Source of the DNA: Candidatus Hydrogenedentota bacterium | Lineage (GTDB): Bacteria > Hydrogenedentota > Hydrogenedentia > Hydrogenedentales > CAITNO01 | Length of the DNA: 60,753 nt | Direction of reading: 5' to 3' | Assembly (NCBI GenBank): GCA_903822375.1 | Contig: CAIJOU010000830.1 | Span: 1-60,753, forward strand | Shown: piece after piece, positions 10,275-18,018 of the stretch | Layout: each line of letters starts with the position of its first letter | How positions within the stretch are numbered: position 1 is the first letter of the stretch | Notes under the pieces: generated by a model | What the model saw: only the letters and a program-made list of their open reading frames with translations | The model's database searches: none | Told to the model about the DNA's origin: nothing | Position numbers and translations under genes: made by a program

Positions 10275-11219
10275 CTATATTTGCCAGTCGGGTGGCACTT
10301 CCTGCTTGAAGGTCTGGGGTTTTCGGTCACGGTACTGCAGTTCCGGATTCTTGACGGTCACGCGCGTGTTGGGTGGCACGGACTGCGTGACGAACACGTT
10401 GCTGCTGATGATGACGCCTTTACGAATTACCGTTTCGCCGCCCAGGATGGATGCGCCCGAATAGACCGTAACCTCATCCTCCAGCATGGGGTGCCGTCTC
10501 ACTCCGCGCAGTTTCTGCCCGCCCCGCGTGGAAAGCGCTCCCAGCGTTACACCCTGGTACACCTTGACATGGTTGCCGATGCGGCTGGTTTCCCCTATCA
10601 CAACACCCGTGCCGTGGTCGATGAAGAAATACTCCCCAATGTGCGCCCCCGGATGTATGTCGACGCCCGTGACGCTGTGGGCATACTCGGTCATGATGCG
10701 CGGAATCAGGGGCACGCCCTGCAAATGCAGCTCATGCGCCAGACGATACACGGTGATGGCGAAGAACCCGGGATAGGAAAAGATGATTTCGTCCATGTCC
10801 GCAGCGGCCGGGTCGCCGTCGAAAGCCGCCTGCACATCGGTCGCCAGCACTTCCCGCAGCCCGGGAAGGGTCCTGAGAAAACCGGTCACTATCCGGTCGG
10901 CATGACCCTCACTGTCAGGGATGGATTCACCGCGGTGGGCGGCTTCGTGGATAAGCGCGTTTTGCACCTGTTTCAAAAGGCTGGCGTGAATGCTCACCAG
11001 CAAATCGCCAACGTGATACTCCAGGGTGCCCGCAACCAGATTCTGCTTGCCAAAATAGCCTGGAAACAGGAGTTGGCGCAGCAGCTGGATGATTTCGACG
11101 ATGGCATCGTGATTGGGCAGCCTGCCCGAATCTATATGGCAGGTTCTGGGCTCCGCGTGATAGCTGGCAACAATTGTTGCGACTAGGTCGGAGAACTTGT
11201 TGGAGGCATTGGGGCCCAT
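10275..11219 (-). CDS. cysE: Serine O-acetyltransferase
   Basis: SAT N-terminal domain followed by hexapeptide repeats: DIHPGAHIGEYFFIDHGTGVVIGETSRIGNHVKVYQGVTLG. Confidence 0.9.
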   Translation of the reverse strand: MGPNASNKFSDLVATIVASYHAEPRTCHIDSGRLPNHDAIVEIIQLLRQLLFPGYFGKQNLVAGTLEYHVGDLLVSIHASLLKQVQNALIHEAAHRGESIPDSEGHADRIVTGFLRTLPGLREVLATDVQAAFDGDPAAADMDEIIFSYPGFFAITVYRLAHELHLQGVPLIPRIMTEYAHSVTGVDIHPGAHIGEYFFIDHGTGVVIGETSRIGNHVKVYQGVTLGALSTRGGQKLRGVRRHPMLEDEVTVYSGASILGGETVIRKGVIISSNVFVTQSVPPNTRVTVKNPELQYRDRKPQTFKQEVPPDWQI

Positions 11220-11509
11220 TCGTATTTCCTTTCATAATAGGACTGCAACCGAAACTTGACATACATAATCATGATATGGTACTTTAATCGCGTGAAGTAT
11301 ACCACAGGTCAACTGGTCAGATGTATAGTATTTGTTTTCCGGTCGGAATAGAATGGTACCGCTCATGAGTTCTGCTAAAAACAATTGGTCCATGCAATAT
11401 CGAATTTTGGCGCGGGAGAGTCATCGCAACGAACGGTTGCAAGACCGCGAGGCGCGGCCGGAACGACACCGAACACTGAACGTCTTTTGGAAAAGGGGGT
11501 AACTCAGAG

Positions 11510-12478
11510 ATGCCTCTCCTTCAGGAAATCAATGAGGCGCCCACAGTGGCTGGCACATCGCCCGGCCCAAATGACTTGGCGGCCCGGATAGGAAACACCC
11601 CGCTCATTCTGCTGTCCCGTCTCGTGCCGGACCTGCCCGCAGGGGTGCAGGTCTATGCCAAGGCCGAGCACCTGAACCCCGGCGGGTCCGTGAAGGACCG
11701 CGCAGCCTGGTCGATGATAGGCGACGGTATCCGTACGGGCCGGCTCCGCCCGGGAATGACCATTCTGGACGCCACCAGCGGTAACACCGGAATTGCCTAC
11801 GCCATGATCGCCGCCACACTGGGCTACCCGGTCACACTGTGCCTGCCCAGGAACACCAGCGCGGAGCGCAAACGAATCATGCGGGCTTACGGGGCGGAAC
11901 TCATCGAGACCGACCCATTGCAGAGTTCCGACGGCGCGCAAATTCGCGCCATGGAACTGGCCGCCCAGGCACCGGACAGGTATTTCTACCCGGACCAGTA
12001 CAACAACGACGCCAATTGGCGTGCCCACTATGAGACCACCGCACCGGAGATTTGGGAACAGACCGGCGGGCGCGTTACCCATTTTATTGCCGGCATGGGC
12101 ACCTCGGGCACCTTTACCGGCACGACACGCCGGCTCAAGGAACTGAACCCCGGCCTGCATGCCGTGCGCATGCAGCCCGATTCGCCCCTGCACGGTTTGG
12201 AGGGGATGAAGCACATGGAAACCACCATCGTGCCCGGCATCTATGACGCCTCCCTGGCCGACGAGGAAGTCGAGGTCGCGACAGAAGACGCCCAGGCGAC
12301 CGCCCTGCAGTTGGCGCGAAGGGAAGGCTTGTTCGTTGGCGTAAGTTCAGGAGCGAACGTTTTCGCCGCCGTCCGGCTTGCCCGCAGGCTGTCCAGCGGT
12401 GCGGTCGTGGTAACCGTCCTGTGTGATACCGGCGCGCGTTACCTGGGGGATACGTTTTGGGAGGCCGTTGACCCATGA
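11510..12478 (+). CDS. cysM: Cysteine synthase, CysM-like (PLP-dependent; candidate CysO-thiocarboxylate-dependent type)
   Basis: IGNTPLI, the NPGGSVKDRAA PLP-lysine motif, TSGNTGIA and GTSGTFTG. Its stop overlaps the next start (ATGA at 12475-12478). Confidence 0.9.
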   Translation: MPLLQEINEAPTVAGTSPGPNDLAARIGNTPLILLSRLVPDLPAGVQVYAKAEHLNPGGSVKDRAAWSMIGDGIRTGRLRPGMTILDATSGNTGIAYAMIAATLGYPVTLCLPRNTSAERKRIMRAYGAELIETDPLQSSDGAQIRAMELAAQAPDRYFYPDQYNNDANWRAHYETTAPEIWEQTGGRVTHFIAGMGTSGTFTGTTRRLKELNPGLHAVRMQPDSPLHGLEGMKHMETTIVPGIYDASLADEEVEVATEDAQATALQLARREGLFVGVSSGANVFAAVRLARRLSSGAVVVTVLCDTGARYLGDTFWEAVDP

Positions 12479-12903
12479 TCCGCGTCACCCCCCAACACCT
12501 TGCTGACATCGGCCTGCACGGCGAGGCGGATTATCCGCACGAATGTTGCGGCCTGCTGATCGGCCATATCGACGCGCAGGGGGTGAAGACCGTTGTGGAT
12601 ACGGCCCCCATTTCCAACGCCCGCGAAGAGGAGGCCAAACGCAACCGCTTCCTCATAACGCCTGCCGAATTGATGGCCGGCGAACGGCTCGCCCGGCAGA
12701 ACGGGTTGGACATTGTGGGTTTCTACCACTCCCACCCCGACCAGCCGGCAACGCCCTCGCAATTCGACCTAGAGCACGCTTGGCCGACCTATTCCTATGT
12801 CATCGTTTCTGTGGGGCGGGGAAGCGCGGGCGAACTGCTTTCCTGGGAGTTGCGGGAAGATCGAACGTGCTTTGACAGCGAACCCATTTCGAAAGGAGGC
12901 TGA
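12475..12903 (+). CDS. mec: JAMM/MPN+ metalloprotease (Mec+-like)
   Basis: HECCGLLIG together with the FYHSHPDQPATPSQFD JAMM motif (H-x-H-x7-S-xx-D). Confidence 0.85.
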   Translation: MIRVTPQHLADIGLHGEADYPHECCGLLIGHIDAQGVKTVVDTAPISNAREEEAKRNRFLITPAELMAGERLARQNGLDIVGFYHSHPDQPATPSQFDLEHAWPTYSYVIVSVGRGSAGELLSWELREDRTCFDSEPISKGG

Positions 12904-12907
12904 GAAT

Positions 12908-14386
12908 ATGCCCGTTTCCATTCTGATACCAACCGCCCTGCGCCGCTTTTCCGGCGACCAGTCCGAGTTCGTCGTGGAGGCGAAAACCGCGGGGGATGCC
13001 CTGGCGCAGCTGACCGCAGCGCATCCAGACCTGCGCAAGCATCTTCTGAACGATCAGGGCGCGCTGCGCAGCTTCGTCAACGTGTACGTGAACGACGAAG
13101 ACATACGCCACCAGGCGGGTCTGGACACGCCCGTGGCCGACGGGGCCACGGTCATGATCGTGCCGTCGATTGCAGGCGGCGCCTGTTCGCTGGCGCCAGC
13201 TTCGGAAAGCGCGGACGAACTGCCTGAACTCACCAACCAGGAACTCTCCCGGTACAGCCGCCACTTGATCCTTCCGGAGGTCGGTCTTGCGGGCCAGCGC
13301 AAACTCAAGAACGCCCGCGTGCTGATCGTCGGTGCAGGCGGTCTGGGTGCACCGGTTGGCCTGTACCTGGCTGCGGCCGGCGTGGGCCACCTGGGCCTGG
13401 TGGATTTCGACGTGGTCGATGAGTCCAACCTTCACCGCCAGGTAATCCACGGCACACGCGACGTGGGCCGGGCCAAGGTGTCCTCGGCAGCCGATCGGCT
13501 CTATGACGTGAACCCCAAGGTGCATGTGGAGGCCTATGAAACGCGCCTGACCAGCCAGAACGCGCTCGAACTGTTGGCCGAATATGACGTCATCGTGGAC
13601 GGCACGGACAATTTCCCGACACGCTACCTGGTCAATGATGCCTGCGTGCTGTTGGGCAAGCCGAATGTGTACGGTTCAATCTTCCGTTTCGAGGGCCAGG
13701 CCAGCGTTTTCTGGGCCAGGGCCGGGGCGTGCTACCGGTGCCTCTATCAGGAACCGCCGCCGCCGGGACTGGTGCCCTCCTGCGCCGAGGGCGGCGTGCT
13801 GGGCGTGCTGCCCGGCATCATCGGCTCGATCCAGGCCAACGAAACGATCAAGCTGATCCTGGGCGGCGGCGACACGCTCATCAACCGGCTGCTGCTGTTT
13901 GATGCATGGAAGTTGCGTTTCCGCGAAATGAAGCTGCGCAGGGACCCCGCGTGCCCCATCTGCGGCGAACACCCGACCATCCACGAATTGATCGACTATG
14001 AGGCGTTCTGCGGCCTGCGCCAGCCCGTGTCGGACGCGGGTGAATCGGGCGCGGACAACGCCGCGCCGGATGAGATCACCGCCACAGAGTTGAAGCAGTG
14101 GATCGACGAGCAGCGCGATATCCAGCTCATCGACGTGCGCGAGGCGCACGAGTACGCCATTGCCAACCTGCCCTATGAAAAGCTCATACCGCTGGGCCAA
14201 ATAGTCACCCGCATGTCTGATATCGATCCCACCCGCGAAGCGGTGGTCTTCTGCAAGGGGGGCAACCGCAGCGCAAAGGCAATTATGGAACTGCGTTCGG
14301 CGGGCTTCGCCGGCCGGCTCATCAATCTGCAGGGCGGAATTCTCGCGTGGTCCGATCAGGTGGACCACAGCGTTCCGAAATATTGA
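12908..14386 (+). CDS. cysO-moeZ: Fusion of a CysO/MoaD-like sulfur carrier (aa 1-91, ending ..IAGG) with a MoeZ-type E1-like adenylyltransferase and a C-terminal rhodanese
   Basis: The N-terminus (SILIPTALRRF...FVNVYVNDEDIRHQAGLDTPVADGATVMIVPSIAGG) is a full ubiquitin-like carrier. It is followed by YSRHLILPEVG..GAGGLG (ThiF/MoeB), CxxC pairs and the rhodanese loop CKGGNRS. AGGAGG RBS at 12894-12899. Start trimmed from 12797. Confidence 0.85.
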   Translation: MPVSILIPTALRRFSGDQSEFVVEAKTAGDALAQLTAAHPDLRKHLLNDQGALRSFVNVYVNDEDIRHQAGLDTPVADGATVMIVPSIAGGACSLAPASESADELPELTNQELSRYSRHLILPEVGLAGQRKLKNARVLIVGAGGLGAPVGLYLAAAGVGHLGLVDFDVVDESNLHRQVIHGTRDVGRAKVSSAADRLYDVNPKVHVEAYETRLTSQNALELLAEYDVIVDGTDNFPTRYLVNDACVLLGKPNVYGSIFRFEGQASVFWARAGACYRCLYQEPPPPGLVPSCAEGGVLGVLPGIIGSIQANETIKLILGGGDTLINRLLLFDAWKLRFREMKLRRDPACPICGEHPTIHELIDYEAFCGLRQPVSDAGESGADNAAPDEITATELKQWIDEQRDIQLIDVREAHEYAIANLPYEKLIPLGQIVTRMSDIDPTREAVVFCKGGNRSAKAIMELRSAGFAGRLINLQGGILAWSDQVDHSVPKY

Positions 14387-14473
14387 GGATCGTTTTCTAC
14401 AAGCGTTGTGGGCCGTTAAGGCGGGGTATCCGCTGACCGACAGCGCAAGACATCAACCCAAGGAGAAACAATC

Positions 14474-15415
14474 ATGGCCGAAACCAAAATCCAGGGTCAC
14501 GTGCTGGGCGATGCTGCGGCATTCCAGCTCGCCGACGTCACGAAGACCGCGCCGCAGTATGGCGCAATAACCCCGCGGTGGCTGGTCCGCCTGCTGGACT
14601 GGAAGCCGCTGGAGGCGGGCACGTTTCGCCTCAACCGCGTTGCCGAGGACAAGCCCATTGAGTTGTGCTGCGGACAGAAGGACGAGCGCGCCCTGTCCCG
14701 GACCTACGTCAATTATGTGGACAAGCCGCGCGAGTACACCCTGAACAACATCAGCACCATACTGGATGTGCACACGCGCGTTTCCGACATCTACAGCAGC
14801 CCGTTCGACCAGATCCAGGAACAGCTCCGGCTGACCATTGAGAGCATCAAGGAGAAGCAGGAAAACGAACTGATCAACAGCCCGGACTACGGCCTGCTTA
14901 AGAACGTCCCCCGGGAACAGCGCATCCCGACCCGCAAGGGCCCCCCGACCCCCGATGACCTGGACGACCTGATTTCCAAGGTGTGGAAAGACCCGTCGTT
15001 CTTCCTGGCCCATCCGCGCGCCATCGCGGCGTTCGGCAGGGAATGCACGCGGCGCGGCGTTCCGCCCCCCACAGTCACGCTGTTCGGCGCCCCCTTCCTG
15101 ACTTGGCGCGGCATCCCGCTCATTCCCACCAACAAGCTGCTGGTGGACGGCAAAGCGGAACCGACGGGCAACGGCGGCAAGACCAACATTCTGCTCGTCC
15201 GCGTCGGCGAGAAAAAGCAGGGCGTGGTCGGCCTCTATCAGCCCAACCTTCCGGGCGAGCAGACGCCGGGCCTGTCCGTGCGCTTCATGGGCCTCAACGG
15301 ACAGGGCATCGGGTCCTACCTGATTTCGCTCTATTGCTCCGCCGCTATACTGGTGGACGACGCCATTGCCGCGCTTGAGCAGGTCGATGTTGGCAACTAC
15401 TATGACTACAAGTAA
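14474..15415 (+). CDS. Family 2A encapsulin shell protein (HK97 fold, no cNMP insertion)
   Basis: 313 aa with blocks I recognise from SrpI-type shells: ITPRWLVRLLDWKP, HTRVSDIYSSPFDQIQEQLRLTIE, FFLAHPRAIAAFGRECTRRGVPP and VVGLYQPNLPGEQ. Sits directly upstream of a desulfurase that has a disordered N-terminus. Confidence 0.85.
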   Translation: MAETKIQGHVLGDAAAFQLADVTKTAPQYGAITPRWLVRLLDWKPLEAGTFRLNRVAEDKPIELCCGQKDERALSRTYVNYVDKPREYTLNNISTILDVHTRVSDIYSSPFDQIQEQLRLTIESIKEKQENELINSPDYGLLKNVPREQRIPTRKGPPTPDDLDDLISKVWKDPSFFLAHPRAIAAFGRECTRRGVPPPTVTLFGAPFLTWRGIPLIPTNKLLVDGKAEPTGNGGKTNILLVRVGEKKQGVVGLYQPNLPGEQTPGLSVRFMGLNGQGIGSYLISLYCSAAILVDDAIAALEQVDVGNYYDYK

Positions 15416-17399
15416 CCTGGACAAGGCCGCACAGGCGTTCGCGCCGGAGTCGCTGCCCGACTTGGACCAGTTGAGCGCCCTGAGTGCAATCGAGGCGGGT
15501 CTTCCCGACCCGGCCGCACTCGCCCGGTTGGCCAACGAGTACTTCAGCTCGGTACCGACGGCAGACCCGACGGGTGGGGCTGTTGCCTCGCCGCCGGAAG
15601 ATGCCGCGCTGCTGCCGTCACAACCGGGTACAACGCCCATCGCGCCGGTGATCACGCCGGTTCCGCTGACCTCGGCACCTGCCGATGTCGCGTTGCCGAC
15701 GGTCGGCACAGTGTCGGAACCGGAACTGGCCGCGCTGCCCGCTTCGCTCACCGGCGTGCCGGATACCAAGGCGTACGGCGTTCCCGGTGGGATTTCAGCG
15801 GGTGATTTTTCCTCGGTGCCGTCCTTCGGGTTTGTCGACGAGGCACGGTCCCTTTACGGCACGGTGCCCACTGCCGCCGTTCTTGCAGCGCCTGCCTTGG
15901 AAACGATCAAGTTTCCCGCGGAGACGGAGGTGAACACTCCGGCGCCGCTCCCTGGCTCGGTTCCGACGGTTCACTTCCCGAAACCCGCCGAGGCGTCCGC
16001 GCCCCAGGTTTCCGGCGTTGTTGCCCACGATATCCAGCGTGGTCGTCCCGCGACCTACGGTTTCATCGACAGCGTCCGGTCGCTGGACCCGGTGGATGTG
16101 GTGCCGCGCCTGGAGCCGCTGGCGGCATCATCGGCGGCGGGCCCGATTGCCGGCGCGGTTGCCGCACCATTCGACCTGGGTGCGGTCCGGCGGGACTTCC
16201 CCATCCTGCAGGAACGGGTCAGCGGCGGCAAGCCGCTGATCTGGCTCGACAACGCCGCCACGACGCAAAAGCCCCAGGCGGTCATCGACCGTTTGGCGTT
16301 CTTCTATGAGCACGAGAACTCCAACGTGCATCGTGCCGCCCATGAGTTGGCAGCGCGGTCCACCGACGCCTATGAGGGCGCGCGGGATAGGGTTGCCAGG
16401 TTCCTAAACGCCTCCTCTTCCAGTGACATCATCTTCGTGCGGGGTGCCACCGAAGGCATCAACCTTGTTGCGCAAAGTTGGGGACGCCGCAATATTCAGC
16501 AGGGCGACGAGATCATTGTCACCTGGCTGGAGCACCATGCGAACATCGTCCCCTGGCAGCAGTTGGCCGCCGAGAAAGGCGCGCGCCTGCGCGTTGCCCC
16601 GGTGGATGACCGTGGCCAGGTCCTGCTCGACCAGTACGAGGCGCTATTCACGCCGCGCACGCGGTTCGTTTCGCTGGCGCACGTGTCCAACGCACTCGGG
16701 ACGGTGACACCGGCTGCGGAGATGGTCGCCATCTCCCACCGCCACGGCGCGAGAGTGCTGGTCGACGGTGCGCAGGCAGTCTCGCACATGCCCGTGGACG
16801 TGCAGGCACTAAACCCCGACTTCTATGTGTTTTCGGGGCACAAGGTTTTCGGACCCACCGGTATAGGCGTGGTTTACGGAAAGCCCGACGTGCTCGCGGA
16901 AACCCCGCCGTGGCAGGGCGGCGGCAACATGATCGCCGATGTGACCTTTGAAAAGACGGTCTACCAGGCGGCGCCGGCCCGGTTTGAGGCGGGCACCGGC
17001 AGTATCGCCGACGCGGTCGGCCTTGGCGCGGCGATTGATTACATCAACCGCCTCGGCATGGCCAACATCGCACGCTACGAGCACAACCTGCTGCAGTACG
17101 GCATCGAGGCACTCCAGCGCATTCCGGGCCTGCGCCTGATCGGCACGGCACGGGAGAAGGCCAGCGTGCTGTCCTTCGTGCTGGACGGCTTCAGCACCGA
17201 GGAAGTGGGTAAGGCGCTCAGCCGCGAAGGCATCGCGGTGCGTTCCGGCCATCACTGCGCACAGCCCATCCTGCGCCGCTTCGGTCTGGAGAGCACCGTG
17301 CGCCCGTCGCTGGCGTTCTACAACACCTGCGAGGAAATAGACACGCTTGTTGCCACCGTCTGGAATCTGAAGATCGGACGCGGTTCGGGACTGAGATGA
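15402..17399 (+). CDS. Cysteine desulfurase (SufS-like) with a ~265-aa disordered N-terminal encapsulin cargo-loading domain
   Basis: Pro/Ala-rich N-terminus containing LARLANEYFS (15519-15548). The SufS core follows: FPILQE...WLDNAATTQKP, SGHKVFGPTGIG (PLP lysine) and SGHHCAQP (catalytic Cys). The start is ambiguous (15366, 15387 or 15402). All three candidates overlap the shell gene's 3' end. Confidence 0.9.
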   Translation: MTTSNLDKAAQAFAPESLPDLDQLSALSAIEAGLPDPAALARLANEYFSSVPTADPTGGAVASPPEDAALLPSQPGTTPIAPVITPVPLTSAPADVALPTVGTVSEPELAALPASLTGVPDTKAYGVPGGISAGDFSSVPSFGFVDEARSLYGTVPTAAVLAAPALETIKFPAETEVNTPAPLPGSVPTVHFPKPAEASAPQVSGVVAHDIQRGRPATYGFIDSVRSLDPVDVVPRLEPLAASSAAGPIAGAVAAPFDLGAVRRDFPILQERVSGGKPLIWLDNAATTQKPQAVIDRLAFFYEHENSNVHRAAHELAARSTDAYEGARDRVARFLNASSSSDIIFVRGATEGINLVAQSWGRRNIQQGDEIIVTWLEHHANIVPWQQLAAEKGARLRVAPVDDRGQVLLDQYEALFTPRTRFVSLAHVSNALGTVTPAAEMVAISHRHGARVLVDGAQAVSHMPVDVQALNPDFYVFSGHKVFGPTGIGVVYGKPDVLAETPPWQGGGNMIADVTFEKTVYQAAPARFEAGTGSIADAVGLGAAIDYINRLGMANIARYEHNLLQYGIEALQRIPGLRLIGTAREKASVLSFVLDGFSTEEVGKALSREGIAVRSGHHCAQPILRRFGLESTVRPSLAFYNTCEEIDTLVATVWNLKIGRGSGLR

Positions 17400-17448
17400 C
17401 ATAGATTGTAATTGACTGCCGTAGTGCAAAAGACAACCTGTAATGCAA

Positions 17449-17504
17449 GTGCGCGGAGAACGCGAAGCTAAACCCTTCGAAGTCCTCCGCGCACATCGTT
17501 TTTT
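17449..17504 (+). terminator. Rho-independent terminator after the desulfurase
   Basis: GTGCGCGGAG (17449-17458) pairs with CTCCGCGCAC (17485-17494). An inner CGAAG/CTTCG stem is present, and ATCGTTTTTT follows. Confidence 0.55.
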
Positions 17505-17542
17505 CCTAACCCTTTGCTCCCATGGGAACGAGAATAGCGCTG

Positions 17543-17878
17543 TCAGACCGGGTTCGTTTTCTCGTGCACGACGGGAGGGGTTGGCTGTTCATTCACGGTC
17601 AGGCGAAAGATATCGGGCCTGCTGTAGTGGCCGACCACGTCGAAATCAAACATGCCCCTGCCAATGTCGTTCAGGTCCAAGTCCGCAGTCAGAATGGTCT
17701 CGCCATGGAAGCGCGGCCCGGCCAGAATCTCGCCCAAAGAATTGATAATGGCGCTCCCGCCGCGTATCAACCCGCTGTCGGGTAGGTCACCCCGGCGGAG
17801 GATCTGGCAGGCCGTCAGCACAAGGCAGCGCCCCGTCGGACACTGGTAGCGCTCGTGAGTCCCGTGAAGGCTGAAGCG
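17543..17878 (-). pseudogene. C-terminal remnant of a nitrilase/CN-hydrolase gene
   Basis: GRCLVLTACQILRR...GGSAIINSLGEILAGP..ILTADLDLNDIGRGMFDFDVVGHYSRPDIF matches only the last ~110 aa of nitrilases. An in-frame TGA lies at 17879-17881. No room remains for the catalytic E-K-C region before the next gene. Confidence 0.6.
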
Positions 17879-18018
17879 TCACTGGCGGCTGCCTGAGTTT
17901 CAAAAACCATAACGGCGCAACGCATTCAGCGTCGCGCCGATGTGGAACGGGCATGTCGATTCGACACGGGCGTTGCGGTTCGTTCCCGCAGCGCTCCCGG
18001 AAAGAAAAGAGCCCTACC

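Noticed and set aside
8657-10309. 550-aa plus-strand ORF
   Set aside because: It is antisense to the TPP-enzyme gene. The product is Arg/His/Gly/Pro-rich with no motifs. This is a typical shadow ORF of a high-GC gene whose opposite strand has clear TPP motifs.
11220-11509. Possible SAM/sulfur-responsive riboswitch or leader in the 290-nt AT-rich cysE/cysM divergent region
   Set aside because: I could not recognise SAM-I/II/other riboswitch consensus cores or a convincing terminator/antiterminator pair by eye. A TTGACA hexamer (11255) lacks a good -10 partner. Left uncalled; a covariance-model scan would settle it.
14453-15769. 438-aa minus-strand ORF across the encapsulin and the desulfurase 5' end
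   Set aside because: It is antisense to two genes with strong family signatures. The product is low-complexity and Ala/Gly/Arg-rich. Shadow ORF.
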